From Balanoglossus misakiensis (taxonomy: Eukaryota; Animalia; Hemichordata): a DNA stretch of 64,000 nucleotides. This document shows positions 39,301 through 52,493 of this stretch, piece by piece (within the stretch, counting starts at the first letter, position 1; each line of letters begins with the position of its first letter). The position numbers and the translations under genes are program-made. The DNA lies in contig CM082581.2 of the NCBI GenBank assembly GCA_040954595.2, positions 4,766,699 through 4,830,698 of the forward strand, in the 5' to 3' direction. The notes beneath the pieces were generated by a model. It was not told the origin of the DNA and did not search any database. It saw only the letters and a program-made list of their open reading frames with translations.

Positions 39301-41710
39301 CAACCGGCACTTGATGTATAAGTAGATACGGACGTGAAAATAGGGATACCACTTCAGTGAATAGTGACTTGTTTTTTTTTAGATGCCAATCACTTTTTTC
39401 TGGGGGTATTTTAGCACATTGCAAGTTTACGACACGATCACTTTAAAATAGAACCCCTTGCCTGAAAACGTGACAACAGCGTTACCGAGTTCCGTATATA
39501 TCGCATCTATAAAATTGAACCATTTACGTAAATTGCCAAAAAGATCACATAACGGCAAAATATTAACATGTCGAAAACACTAAAATTTTTGATATTTCTT
39601 GTATAATTTTAGTCCATTTTTGACAATTATTTTCTTCTCTATATACTATGATTCTGCCATTTGCTTGGCTGTGCACTTTTTACATTTTCACAATTATCAC
39701 ATCGCCACGTTCAGCCCGACCTTTGTCTTTGTGATTTGGCCTCTGGAGAAAGTCACGGTGTTATTTCACAGTTCTTCGACGTTTGACGCTTCTGTGTCGC
39801 CCCGTTCCATTAGCTGTCGACACGCAATCCCACTTTTGAATTGCATTCCTGTTTCCAGTAATTGAAACTTGAAACAACTTGACACGTGTAAACTACAGCT
39901 TCGCATAAAACCCTTCGCTTGCAAATGAATAGGTTTAGGAGAGGAATCTCGGGTATTCCCCTCCCGAAATTTGCCACGCCTTTTGAATGGGGAAAGATAA
40001 AAAACCCGCGGATAGTTAAATCAGTAAGATGAGTTTGTCTCAGCTTGTTAACACCAGCTGTCGGTCCCTTCTGCGGTTGACAAAACGCGCTTCCAACTAA
40101 CTTCGTGACTTCTCCCCTGACAAATATCAAATGCAGTAGGCGTACTGCAGTCGAGTTGTCTTTTTTTTCGGCGTCACCACCGTGAAGTGGCAAATAAACA
40201 AAAGACAAGCAAACATCCCACGCTGTGAACATGATCAGAATTAGTCTCCTTGAAGATTTCACGTATCAAGGTCCGTCACGAAGCGCCTCGCTTTAATACG
40301 TTGCGCTTTCTTTCAGTAACGGTTGATAAACAGTTTACATATAAGATGTACAGACAACTGATGTATTTTCAACGGTTCTTTATTGTCTCTGTTATATTTT
40401 CTTTGTCTTGTTTTTTTTAAGCGTGTGGTGTTTTCTTGTTTATATCAGTTAAGTCTATGTGATTTTATACATAACACGTATTTTATATCCTGAAATAAAG
40501 AAATATTGTTTATAAACGGACACTGAGGCTGGTTTCAACCTGAAAACGATTAGAGCAAATGATATAAAAAGGAGGACTATTTACCTTCCACACAGGAGTT
40601 TAAAATAATGTGCCAGTCGGACATTGACACTGAACATCATGTCTTCAAAAGGGCGCCTGAAAAAAAGAGTGCCGACACTATATCGACCATGACACTGCTG
40701 TTAAATTCTCTAAACGTCCAATTACAATCTACTTTCCCATCTCCAGTTTGTAAGTCAAGCAGAAAGTACTGACGAATCTGTGTCAGTGGAAGCAAAGCCA
40801 AGCCGGCGCGGCGAGTCACATAAAAGTTTTTCTCTTTGCCGGTAAAGGAGCAAATGGCGTTTGCTATTTGTTATCTAACAGAGCAGAACACGGCCGTAAA
40901 ATTGGTTGTTTCACTCAACCGTTGTCACGCTACACTTCTTCCTCGATATTGCTGGGAATGCCCATTGGCTGGAAGTAATAGGAAAGCTGGCGACGTCGCA
41001 TACATGTACAAGTAGGTGCTCCGGCTGTCGTGACGGCCAGGATATCAAAAAAGAGACAGCTAGCGGCGTCGCGATTTAAATAACAGGAAGATGCATATTG
41101 TGGGGAGTAACCCGGACGTTTAGGAAATATGTCCCAAAGTTTACCAGTGGCTTGTATATGCTGTACCTAAAATTTCCACCTGATAACAACAATCTAACGA
41201 AAAAAAATCGATTCTATCAAATTTATTCAACAAACCATCAAACGGATATCACTCTGACCTAGTTTACAGAGTGAACAATTCACAAAACGCAGACCAAACC
41301 TATAGCTGACCAATCCCTTGCCTTCTAAACATTACCAACTCATGCAACTGTTTACGCTACAAACCTAGCACACCCAAAACAACCCCAGCACAGTGTCATA
41401 ATTTATGCCACGGGATATTGCGCCAGTAGAACGGGACTTTCGATCCGAACGTCTATGGCACACTGCTGTTTTGACGGAAACAGCTAAGTTGTATTGACGT
41501 CGATTGCAGCATTTGCATTACGTCCGCAATGACGTCTTCGAAACAAACCTTTCGTTTTTTTTCAAAACTGCCTGTAGCGATGTAAGGAAATACAAAGCTC
41601 TGTGACTATAATAGAAATGAAAACTACAATTCCTATATCGAAATTGAAAAGTGCTTATAGTGTATGTATGATTCAGTAAAGCGTAGCGTGACGTTACAAG
41701 ACGCTGTCAG

Positions 41711-41823
41711 TTGAATTGAATTGAATTATTAAATTGATGTGATCTGATGTTAAGTGATCTAGTGTAGTGTAGTGTGGTGTGGTGTGGTGTGGTGTGGTGT
41801 GATGTGATGTGGTGTGGTGGTGG
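41711..41823. repeat. Compound pentanucleotide repeat (TTGAA, TGATG, TAGTG, TGGTG)
   Basis: 5-nt periodicity is kept while the unit changes stepwise. Confidence 0.9.
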
Positions 41824-42713
41824 TTTTTTTAATTCTCGATATATGGGAACTCTATGGTGAATATATTCAGTGAAACAGAAATAAGAATGTAACACATACC
41901 AGCAGTAAATCTTAAGGAAAATATATTTGCTTATATTACTGGAGGCGCTATAATCAAGAAATCATCAAACATTGAACTCGGTAGCAAGACACCAGTAACA
42001 ATTCGTCATTATCCCAGCTATAGTTTAAAATCGCATTACGGCCAGCTTGGAGGGGTCGCTAATAAATTTTAATTACTGGGTTCAAGCCTTTGCATTCAGT
42101 GAAATGCCATTTATTAGGCACGCGAAGAAACAGCCTCATGTCAAGCATGGCGATATCGCACTTTACAATCAATTTGGTGGAGCGTGACTTTGGCTGACAG
42201 GGAACAAACGCAATTCTCTTGCCCATATTACTTTAACTTCTCGGTCACATTTATTCATTACCTTGTGAGGAGCTGTAACTTATCTCAATCGACTAGTTAA
42301 ACATTTACACTAGCCTCGGGCATTGACACCTAGCGGCTTCTACGGTATAGCAACTTCACGCTTGCGACAACGACGCCGCGTTTTTCCACAACAACGCGCC
42401 CGGCGAGGCTTTTTAAACCAGCTCGTAAAGAAATCGCGTCAAGGTAACTCATCTATGTTACATACTAGCTTGTTTGCTTCTTGCGTGGGGAAATTAGTTT
42501 GCGGGGATGATAAAAAACAGAGCCATTTAATTTATTTGTAATTCTCTAATGCGCTCCATGGTGACCAGAAAGTCTGTTGATGGAATGTCCGCACACATTT
42601 ACTTTGAAAAAACTTTGTTCCAATCGGCGTTCCCACCTGCACCCCGCCAGTCCCGTATCCTGTTTTATCATCTGCCCCCCGCTATCACAAACAAGTCTTC
42701 ATATTCTCATCAT

Positions 42714-43235
42714 TTACATAAACGGAAGTCTTCTGTATCTGCGCCGGAGTGCCTTTACTTGAGGTACACGTATACAAGTGCATGCACGAACACAGAACAA
42801 TGGCGTACCTTTGGTTTCAGGCGTTGTTTCAAGTGAGGCATATTTCATTGCTGAACGAAGAAAGAAATTTATCAGCAAGGATTCATTATAATCGAGTTTT
42901 ACAATGAAATGTTTCGGCGTCTCTTTATCCACCGATTTGCCAGTAAGCATGTGATCATTACGCTCGACAAGTGTTAACGCGATTTTATCTATCCCTTCAT
43001 AATCAGAGTCAGTGTCTGGGGTTGTTATCGTAGCATGAGCTTTCGAAGTTATCTTTCCGTAACAAGAATCGTCTTTTGAATGATTTAAGAGAATACTACT
43101 ATCCCCCACGAAAGCCACGAATTCGAAGCAATCACGTATATTGTATCCAAAATCGCGGTAGTCTTTGTTTGCCGCAAAGCCTATCAAAATAATGGAACCG
43201 CCCATAATGAGTCTAGTTGTCCTCACAGATCTCAT
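42714..43235 (-). CDS. Hypothetical 173-aa ORF (or first exon) divergent from the GPCR
   Basis: Longest ORF not explained by the GPCR, the LINE or a microsatellite. The ATG lies 3 codons after an in-frame stop. The first ~143 codons are D/E-rich (13 D + 7 E) and purine-biased at codon position 1. The N-terminus is basic then hydrophobic. There is a possible donor AAG|GTACGC at 42809/42808. I recognise no homology. Confidence 0.35.
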   Translation of the reverse strand: MRSVRTTRLIMGGSIILIGFAANKDYRDFGYNIRDCFEFVAFVGDSSILLNHSKDDSCYGKITSKAHATITTPDTDSDYEGIDKIALTLVERNDHMLTGKSVDKETPKHFIVKLDYNESLLINFFLRSAMKYASLETTPETKGTPLFCVRACTCIRVPQVKALRRRYRRLPFM

Positions 43236-43243
43236 ACAGCGTT

Positions 43244-43365
43244 ATTGGCTATGAGGTCGTGATGTGATTGGCGATCCATTGTTAGCAGATTATTCATCAT
43301 TTCTGCACCGTGTCACGTTGGTGGTACAGTGCGCATGCCTAAACGCCGGTGCACACATTTATATG
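43244..43365 (+). promoter_or_regulatory. Candidate GPCR proximal promoter elements
   Basis: Two inverted CCAAT boxes (ATTGG at 43244 and 43267; minus strand AGCCAATAA and CGCCAATCA). A TGCGCATGC NRF1-like element at ~43330 and a TTTATAT TATA-like element at ~43358, within CpG-retaining DNA 150-270 bp upstream of the ATG. Confidence 0.3.
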
Positions 43366-43515
43366 TGACTGTAACCGATGTTGGTACGAGCACAGTGACA
43401 GTGCTTGCTGGCGAAGCAGGAGCGAACATATGCTGTGCGCTGCGCCAACGGCTGTCCGTCCGTAGCGATCTTGATGCGTACCTACATGTATAGATAGTAG
43501 GCATCATCAGTCAGC

Positions 43516-44628
43516 ATGGAAAACGTCACTCTTATCGGCTTCACAGACTCGTACGCCTCGCTCAACGGCACCAACGGCATGGTGGATATAGTTCCACCCT
43601 GGTTCAAAACTATCTTCGTGTCCTGCCTGCTGGTGGCAATCTGCATCGGTGGAATCATCGCCAACGGAATTGTGTTGTTTGTGCTGCTTCGCTGCTCCGA
43701 GGTGAAGACAGCCCCGGACGTGTACATCGTGAACTTGACGTCGGCAGACCTGCTCTTCATGCTCGGGATTCCCTTCGTCGCCTTCTCGCTGGCGAACAAC
43801 CGCCACTGGATGCTTGGAGAGGTAATGTGCAAGCTTGTTTACACCCTAGACGGTATGAACCAATACACTGGCATTTTCATCCTCACCGCTATGAGTGTAG
43901 ATCGCTACCTTGCCGTAGTGCACGCTATATGGTCCATGAAGTACAGGACTGTGAAAGTTGCCAAAATCATATGCGCTGCAATATGGGGTGTCTCTGTGTT
44001 GTTCAGCATACCCATATTCATTTTCACGAAAACCGCAGATGACCCTGAAGGAACCAGACAGTGTTATCTTTCTTGGGGCACCGACGGCAACCCGTACATT
44101 ATTGGCGCCTTTATCGTCGGATTCGCCGGCCCGCTCACTGTCATCAGTATTTGCTATGTTCAAATTTTAGTCTTTTTAGCGAAAGGTGCTCGGCCAGGAA
44201 GTAATAGAAAGCAGAAGAAGAAGCTCGGTAGAGTTGGGCTGATTGTCATACTCGCTGTGGCGTTGTTCACCATTTGCTGGTCTCCGTTCTGGGCTTTGCA
44301 GTTGGCGTTGATCATTCCCGCTTTCTTTCCCACCAAGCCGTACGCGTACGTGTGGCATCTCGGGATCTGCTTTCAATATTTGAACAGCGCACTCAATCCG
44401 CTAGTGTACACCTGTGTTCGCGCCGATTTCCGCCAGAACCTGACCAGAATCTGCTGCGGCAAAAACTACGCTCAGAACGCGGCGGAGAGGCGGCTGTCGA
44501 AGATGTTGACGACGCGGACGGGCTGCGGCAGTAAAGGGAACAGCCACAGCCAGACGATGTACCAGGTTGACGACACCGGCAAGACCACCACCACCATCGT
44601 CAACTTGAACTCGAGCTCCCAGCTTTAA
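43516..44628 (+). CDS. Intronless rhodopsin-type (class A) peptide GPCR, somatostatin/allatostatin-C/MCH receptor-like, 370 aa
   Basis: Good Kozak context (cAGC-ATG-G). N-terminal glycosylation sequons NVT and NGT. Seven hydrophobic segments with class A motifs: TM1 GIIANG, TM2 NLTSADLLF, WMLGEVMC (C3.25), TM3 DGMNQYT...DRYLAVVH, TM4 W, TM5 P...ICY, TM6 FTICWSPF, TM7 NSALNPLVY, helix 8 FRQNL and a CC palmitoylation site. The TM3 Asp (D3.32) is typical of SSTR, opioid and MCH receptors. Exact orthology is unresolved. Confidence 0.96.
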   Translation: MENVTLIGFTDSYASLNGTNGMVDIVPPWFKTIFVSCLLVAICIGGIIANGIVLFVLLRCSEVKTAPDVYIVNLTSADLLFMLGIPFVAFSLANNRHWMLGEVMCKLVYTLDGMNQYTGIFILTAMSVDRYLAVVHAIWSMKYRTVKVAKIICAAIWGVSVLFSIPIFIFTKTADDPEGTRQCYLSWGTDGNPYIIGAFIVGFAGPLTVISICYVQILVFLAKGARPGSNRKQKKKLGRVGLIVILAVALFTICWSPFWALQLALIIPAFFPTKPYAYVWHLGICFQYLNSALNPLVYTCVRADFRQNLTRICCGKNYAQNAAERRLSKMLTTRTGCGSKGNSHSQTMYQVDDTGKTTTTIVNLNSSSQL

Positions 44629-45174
44629 CCCGGCGGTTGGCCACCGTGCGGCGAACTCAGCGGACACCAATCAACGGTATGGCTTGTTTAGACAAAGTTT
44701 CATTTCAATGTTTGACAGAACTATGGTGAAATTGGACGTTTCGTTTCATTCATACAGACGTGCCATTCCTTGAAAATGTTACTTTTGACACCGACCGAAG
44801 GAAATCACTCTTGAGGACAGATTTCTACATCTCAAAGTTGTGTTACCAACTCTTGTGCCATTGTATTTCAAAACGAATTTGAACGATTCTCGATCAAAGA
44901 CAAAACATTCATCACGTCTAAAGTTTCAAAGATATATGTTATGTTCTGAACGTTTTATATTCACAATTTACGAGGTTCTTTTAGATGTCTTTAACTTTTA
45001 ATGAGATTATCGTTTTCGGTATTCTACCGTAAAATAACAAATATCTCTATACATATTCTGAAGCCAATCACTGCCATTGGATTTTACTATTGAATATAGA
45101 AAAAAATAACTATACATGTAAGAAGGGTAAAATAATGACTACAAGTCACAATATTTTACTTCATAAAAATTGTT

Positions 45175-45180
45175 ATTAAA
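45175..45180 (+). promoter_or_regulatory. Possible GPCR polyadenylation signal (ATTAAA)
   Basis: Variant hexamer in AT-rich sequence ~550 bp after the stop, followed by CA and T-rich sequence. Weak evidence. Confidence 0.2.
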
Positions 45181-48100
45181 GCACATTTCATGCTAACTGG
45201 GTTCCACTTCATATATCTTGTATAACACAAATCTGTTATGTTTTGTATAATAATTACTGTTTTGACTGTTGTTCAAATACCATTGGTTTTCCACACCCGA
45301 ATCGATAGGTTATACATCGTTCAAACAAACACATGTTATTTTATTCGTTTGTCTAATTTCAATTAAAGTTTCAAAGTAAAAAAAAAGTCAACGTAACTCT
45401 GTGTTTATATTTATTTAGGTATAACTGATTTGATGCAGTTTTGGCTGAGCGTGACAGTAATGCCAAATCTTCGTGCACAGATCTTCATGCGAAGATCTCA
45501 CCACGCGACGCGTCTACGCAGACCACAATCTGCGAGCTTGCGTAAAATCTACGCAAGAATGATTTTACGGAGGTCTAGAGTGACCTCCCCAGCTAGAAGA
45601 CCCACAAGTACACTTGCATGAATGTGCGAATAGCCTAGTCACTTTAAAGTACAACAGGCGAAATTACACCAGGAAACTTGTCGCGAGTAATTTAAAGGGC
45701 GATTCATCTAACAGCAACCATGCAGTCATAACGTTTCTAATCAAATGTTGTTTTTCGCTGAGTACCTGTCCGAAGGCTATGAAACGCAGATTTCCGAAGT
45801 TTTATTTGCTAGCAGCATGTTATATTATTGCATGTTATCTCATACATGTATATCGAAGCTTTCGCTAGTTTAGTTTAACGATCATGGCTATCCAGCCACT
45901 CGCTACTGCGTGCCGTCGATATTTTCCGCGTGATTGATAACCATTTTGTTCATAAATTTCGCGCGTGCTGAGTACGTGATGTAGATTATCCGCAGTGTTC
46001 AGAAATGGCTACCAATTAAGTGATCCCCAGGGGAATAATCTAGAAAGATTCCATATAAACATCACTGACACAAATTTTGTGTATTGTCTGTATCTCTCAC
46101 ACTATATTCCAATGTTATTTTTGCTCTGTGTTCAATTTCATAACCAGTTGATTAATAATGTAAAAGAAATGCAAGATGGCTTAATACAGTCATTCTTGGG
46201 TGGTCGAGCCTCACACATGTTTAAGGAAATACCCACAATGTCTTTTGTATAGGTATAAGCGAACATTAATTTTTGCAAAATGTGCCTATATAACGGAAGG
46301 AACAATTGTGCATATTATTTTTGCACCGGTGTCGCTTGCAGACAAAGACCACACAAGCAATTACGGAGTACCGCATTCGCTCCTTGTAATACACAAAGCG
46401 ACGCAGTAAGAGTTCAACAATTTGCTTTCCACTCACGTAGTTTCGATCTATCAGGCCTTTCAATGAAGGGATCATTGATCATTTAAAATAGAAGCAGTTG
46501 AAAACACATATTAGTGAATGCAAAGAATCCCCTTTGTATTTCTGTGAAATACATGAAATGGACAAACACGCACGTCTGTTGGATTATTGCTGCATGTGTT
46601 CAAATAACTTGACTTTCTTCAATGCTGGTTGCGTTCTTTTGAAACGGTCTTTGTCGCTAACCGCTGTTTTACCCTAGTCATTTCCGGCGCATTATTTATT
46701 GACACAGTATAGCGACTAGCTGAAGGAAGCCTTTTCAGCACACACGCCTGGTTCTGTCTGACGTAACTGGGTCTCTGCTTGTTTAATGCATAGGCACAAA
46801 GTTCTTATGTCATTAAAGCATAATTGTGTCCGTCACACGCAAAGTATTTCTTTTTTCAAAGAACTAAACACACTCGAGAAAATGAAATTCTAATTATCTG
46901 TGTGACATTTTATGCAAATACGTTTGATGGCTCACAATAGTAATTTTTTTTTCAAATGTATATTATTCTACTGCAACGCCTCGTCTCTAGTCATCTGTAT
47001 TTAATAAATCGCATCGATCTATACTCGCAACGGGCTTTGTATTCTCCAACAGCATTCTAAACATGCTATGGTTGGGCGTCACAACACCTTTTAATGAATT
47101 CTTGACGAAACCTGCCTGTCTGTCATCAGTACTGGTGTGTTCATGAAAATTATGGAAGGATGTGGCCTATTGCTCTCACGGGTATAAACAAAGACATGTC
47201 GTTGACCCTGCGGTTGACTGGTATGGACCCCTCATTTACGTGTTATGCATGTATTGCAAACTAATATATAGTTGCAATGGTTCAGTATTTGAATAAAGGT
47301 CGACGAGTTACCACTCTCTTTTGAGATATGCTTATAAATTTGCAGTAAGACCAGAATGTCTCGGAAACTCTTAATTTGTTTGCAAAATAACTAATTTATT
47401 ACCTCAAGTTTTGGATGACAACAGCAAACACTTGATGTGAGGGGTTTGGAACATTTTCCCGCCTGGAAAACGTATCTTACCTTTGTGACATTCGGAATTA
47501 ATGACATGCATGGACTGCTATGCACAAACTGCAGCTATATTTTTATATCAAACAGTCAACTTGCAGAACAAAAGACTTTGCATTCATTAGTATCAAATAG
47601 TTGAAACCGTATCCCTATAGCAACACGTTATTTACTTTTACATAATGGATTATCGTATTTAAAATAATCCCGATGCCGCCATATATACATAAATAATTGG
47701 AAGTCTAGTGCGTAATATACGTATTATAATTTCTCAATAAATGACACTAAGTTTACAAGAGCGGTAACCTGAGGGGCGTCAGTGAATACTAATGTGGATC
47801 ACTTGACTCAAATCCCAACGTATTGTGTCAAAGGACATCCACTTTGCCCCATCTTTATTGCTGGCTTTAGACGGATAATGCTGTTGTTTTGTTGTCGGGT
47901 ACAATTATCAAATGAACTAGATAATGTTGCCACAGGCTCAAGTAGGCTAACCTTGCATCCGTGTTATTTTTTTATAATGCAGCTATTAAAATTACGAGAT
48001 GTCATAAACCAAACTTGCGGGTAATTCGGCCCGCTGAATGATTAGGAATGTAAAACATGTTTTGCTTTCACGGCGACCTTCTGAAATTGCCTAAGCTTGC

Positions 48101-51100
48101 AATCAGTGCAGTGTGTTTCTGAGTATTCGGAATAGATGGAGCTATAATACGGCATCCTTGTGGAAGATCGCATCGCCGCACTTAATGAAGACACAGCTCT
48201 TTTGCACCCTCTCAGCAATCAAGGCTATCGGTGCCCTGCAATCCGCAAGTCACGTACTAACCACAATGGATGGGCATAAAAGTGGGCTCTGAACGAGCAA
48301 AATCTGGCTCGATTAGAAACACACCAGGTCAAGATTGGCGATAAACGATGGCTCCGACTTCTGTCGGTGATGTTCATTAGCGCTGGCAACGTCTATTAGT
48401 AGCCACTGACACAAGTGTTTGCCAGAGCGAATATTTGTGAAGACAGTCCGTTGTGTAAGATCGTACAGGTTGTTGCGAGATAAATCATGCCAATATCAAT
48501 TACTCGTTGGGAGTCGTGAGCACCGCCGATAAAATACTGTTTATATCGTTTGCCTTCAAGTACAACCGTAAGCGGTTTTTCTTGTATGTGACGGAAGTTG
48601 TTACGTTTATATGTATTTTTCATAGATGTAATTCGTGCCACCTCGTAAATGAGTTGAACTTAAGATTAAATGCACTACCGTCTACTTCAAAGAGAGTAAA
48701 CAAAAAAATCATAAATACTCTTTTAGTTGCATTAAATGGAAACTGCCTATTTGCGGCTACGTCAAAGAATAATTATGTTGAAAAATAAATTGGCATTTTT
48801 TCAACACCAAAGGGTATTTTACATGAATTGCTTTATTATAACGATAATAATGGTATTGTCAAAATTCAATTTTAACGTAATTATAAGTAGATAGAAATTC
48901 CACGATTTCTAAGCGTCCGCGCTTATGACCTGTCAATATAGACACATACAGACATGTCTTGTCATGAAAATGTGTGCGACAATGGCATGTTCCAGATGAG
49001 ATCAGAGTCATTGACTCACAACATGTACCTTTGAACCTGACAGTGCCAATTCGGCTGAACTGTTTAATCAAGGACAATGTGTATCACACAATGTATTTGC
49101 TAAGCACGGGAATGCCACGTATATACTCTTTTCGAGGGAGACCCTTCAATTTATTGCGTCTCACGAGATTTCAAAGTAGGTCTGAAAACAGGTGAGAGGC
49201 AAAATGAAATAAACGCTACAGAAACTAACTTACAATTAAGCATCTATGTTAATTTCTCCACACATTTCAACTTCAAGGGCCACGTGTGTACATATAAGCT
49301 GTATACTGCTCATTGCTGTGCTAAACTTCAATTTTAATACTAAACGATGTGACAAGCGCTGTGTTTGATCTGTTAATGCACCGCTATGGCGCTTTCATTG
49401 CTCATTCGTCTGTAAGAGTGCCTAATATATATAAAATGAAATTCCAAAATGCGCTGTATACAATAAGGTGACATCTTTGATATAGCGATATGAAAAACGT
49501 TGCAAAGATCCTAATGACCGTAAATCGGATTTTCTGGTGAAATCACATGACTTCAATATGCAAATTTCTTGACAATGTGTCATTCTGTTGGATGTTTTTT
49601 TCTGACTTGCAAGAATACGTATAAAGTGTTACCAATAATTAAACCCTGATTTCTGGACAATTAAAGATGGCGGCACTGACTTTATTATCGTAAGAAACCG
49701 TCACCGAACAACATGAAAATCATCGTTATACGTCTGCAGTAATATCACACAAGCTGGCTTCCTCTGTGAAGGATTGCGTCAGAAGTGCATTCGAAAAAAA
49801 ACACTTTTTGAATAGCCTTTACAAAACTGTTGCATTCTGGACGAATAGATGAAACATCTGAGATGAACAATTTATTATACCATATCATTTCATATTTCTT
49901 GGGATCACTACAAAGGGTGTTTTACTATCTGCAAGGACCTTTTGCAAGTAGTTAAATAAAAGCAGTTAGCTTCACTATGCCCTATTTCTCTGCAGCGAGA
50001 TTGGTGAATATATTATGATTTTGTCGAGCCGTGGATCGTTGACCCCAACCTACGAAGTTATGAGCGATCGTTTTCTTCGTGATTAGCGTGAACAATACCA
50101 CATGTAAATTCGGAATTATAAGTTCGTAATTTAAACTGACAACATTACATTTAGGATTTAACAGCTTTGTGCTTGTTTTATTTTACATTCAACTGAATGC
50201 GTTGATAAATTATCCCTTCTTTGCTAACACAGAGTCTGTCTACTCGAATTATCAGTCATGAGTTACAACCTCTAGTAAATGATGTAATTGATCTCACAAT
50301 TAACTCGCTGTGGCATTGTTCACAAGTATGCCCGTAGCAGAGATTGCAGAGAGAGATTTGCGCTATGAAATTTTAAAACTCGGTCTGGTAAAGATATAGA
50401 ACGATTGGAGCCCAGCCTGATGATTAATACATTGCGTTATATATCGCGAGTTTTATCTGTAGCACGAGTGACTGAAAACAACTTCTTGGGGGGTTACACA
50501 GCCAGCTGGCATGATAATTTTGATGTGTGAGTGGTTATGATTGTAAACAACTAAATGGACACAAAAAGACCAACTTGGAGACAATTATGTTGTTTGCAAT
50601 TTTCAAGTAATGATGATTAGCCCACCTCGGACCTCTTGTTTGTTGCCATGGTACCAGAACTGAAGTGTGTTAGTAAGCCGAGTTACCTTTCGCTTGTAGG
50701 AGAATGACACTTTTGGCGACCAAACAGGAAGACAACAGTTGTTAGGTTGTCAACATATTTTTGCTCGGTGTCTGATAACTGACTGTGGCCATCCTTAAGT
50801 AAATGCATGTAACTCTGTAAAACCCGTGTAACTATATATACAAACATGTAGTAAGACATGTAGAGTGGGCGGAACTTTATGATTCTGTTGGCCCTAATCA
50901 GCAAACGATCTCTTTTTTCTCTACTGGTTTCTTTTAAGTCTCGTGTCATTGTCAGTAATTGCAGAGAATGGAGTCAGAATTATTCAAACAGAGATGGAGA
51001 AGTGAGATTACTCACAGCGAAGCTCTAAATACTGACTGTGTAAAGGGACTGGGTATTTATCTGATTGAGAATTTCACCTTTCTATCTTATTTCATGATCG

Positions 51101-52493
51101 TATAAAATACGATTTTCCTAGGGGCATGAGTTGCAATCAATGGCCGTTATATACACAGTACCTGCAATAACAATGGCGCCGCTTGATCTCCGATTTCCAT
51201 CGTGCGTGTACATTCGATGCGATTCTGCGATCTCGGTAACCTCCTCGCAAAATAATTACACCCCAGACCAGATGGAACTCGTACTACCAAATCGATGTCG
51301 ACATAAATGGGATTCAGAAGAAATATGACCCGGAAAATAAGATTCCTAGATGTATTTTGATATCTGTTCTGTGCATCAATAACAATATTGCCGGTCCCCG
51401 AGTCCTGACCAGAAATGTTATAGTCATATATTAACTTATAAACGATGCCACGAGACAGACAAACGTTTCACCAAACACCCTTTACATTTTCACTGACGTT
51501 CATACTTTCATCCAGATTATGTTGCCTTGATTCAATTATGGAGTATCGCGTTCTTCAGCAATTTTTAATGTCAGTGCCCACATTATTAGTGTTGGCGTTT
51601 ATTGACAGTAAAATGATTAATTTATATCTGCGGAGAATATTATAATAAAAATAGAATATTGAACAAACAATTATAGTATTAATCGGGAGGGTGTTTAGCA
51701 TGCATGTAGATAGGCATGTTGCATTTAAATCATGTTATTTTAAATATTTGACCCATGACATTCGCATACCACAAACTATGTGTCAATGACTTGTTGCATT
51801 CTGAAATCAACTTTTGAGTCAATTTCGCTATGAATCAATATATTGCACGTTGTCGCGATCAATTTTATAGAGAATATTTTATCAATTTGATAGCCTTGCA
51901 CTCGGTGAAACTCCTTGGAGCACATCGGAAAGTGTGTTAGTGACTTGTATATTCTGCAAACGTGACAATGCCAGCGTATTAACCGAATGACGTGTCTGAT
52001 TTGACAAGAACGTCCAAGCGATTCTGAGAAGTGTTTCCCCGTGTTAGTTACTTCTTAGTGCCACTAATATATGGTACGGATTCAGCACGACCTAACAGAG
52101 ACGTTTTGAATGGGCGCCATTTCGCTGGTAATACACTGTATTAGTTTATCATTCCCTGAGTGTTTTGGAGCGCATTAATTAGCAATTTGATGTGAACAGT
52201 CGAGGCTTCGATTTCATACGACAATATGTCGTAAACTGGGGGCGATTCATTGACACATGTGCGGAATAACAATGTAGAGACACGGATGAAGAAAGCATTG
52301 CCGTGATTGCACTTGCTCTCTCGACAGCCTTCCGGGCACAAGTGACCATCTCTCATTTCTTTCCCCGCAAATCATGTCTGCTGGGTGTTCACAGTAGCGT
52401 GTTATTCTTCTCTTGAAATACTGCCTCACCTGAACAATCAGCAATTAACAACTACTCTCTGTATCTTTAGCGTGTCAACCGCAAAACGTGGAG

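Noticed and set aside
43482-44670. Antisense and alternative-frame ORFs over the GPCR
   Set aside because: Expected shadows of a GC3-rich coding sequence, with no independent signals.
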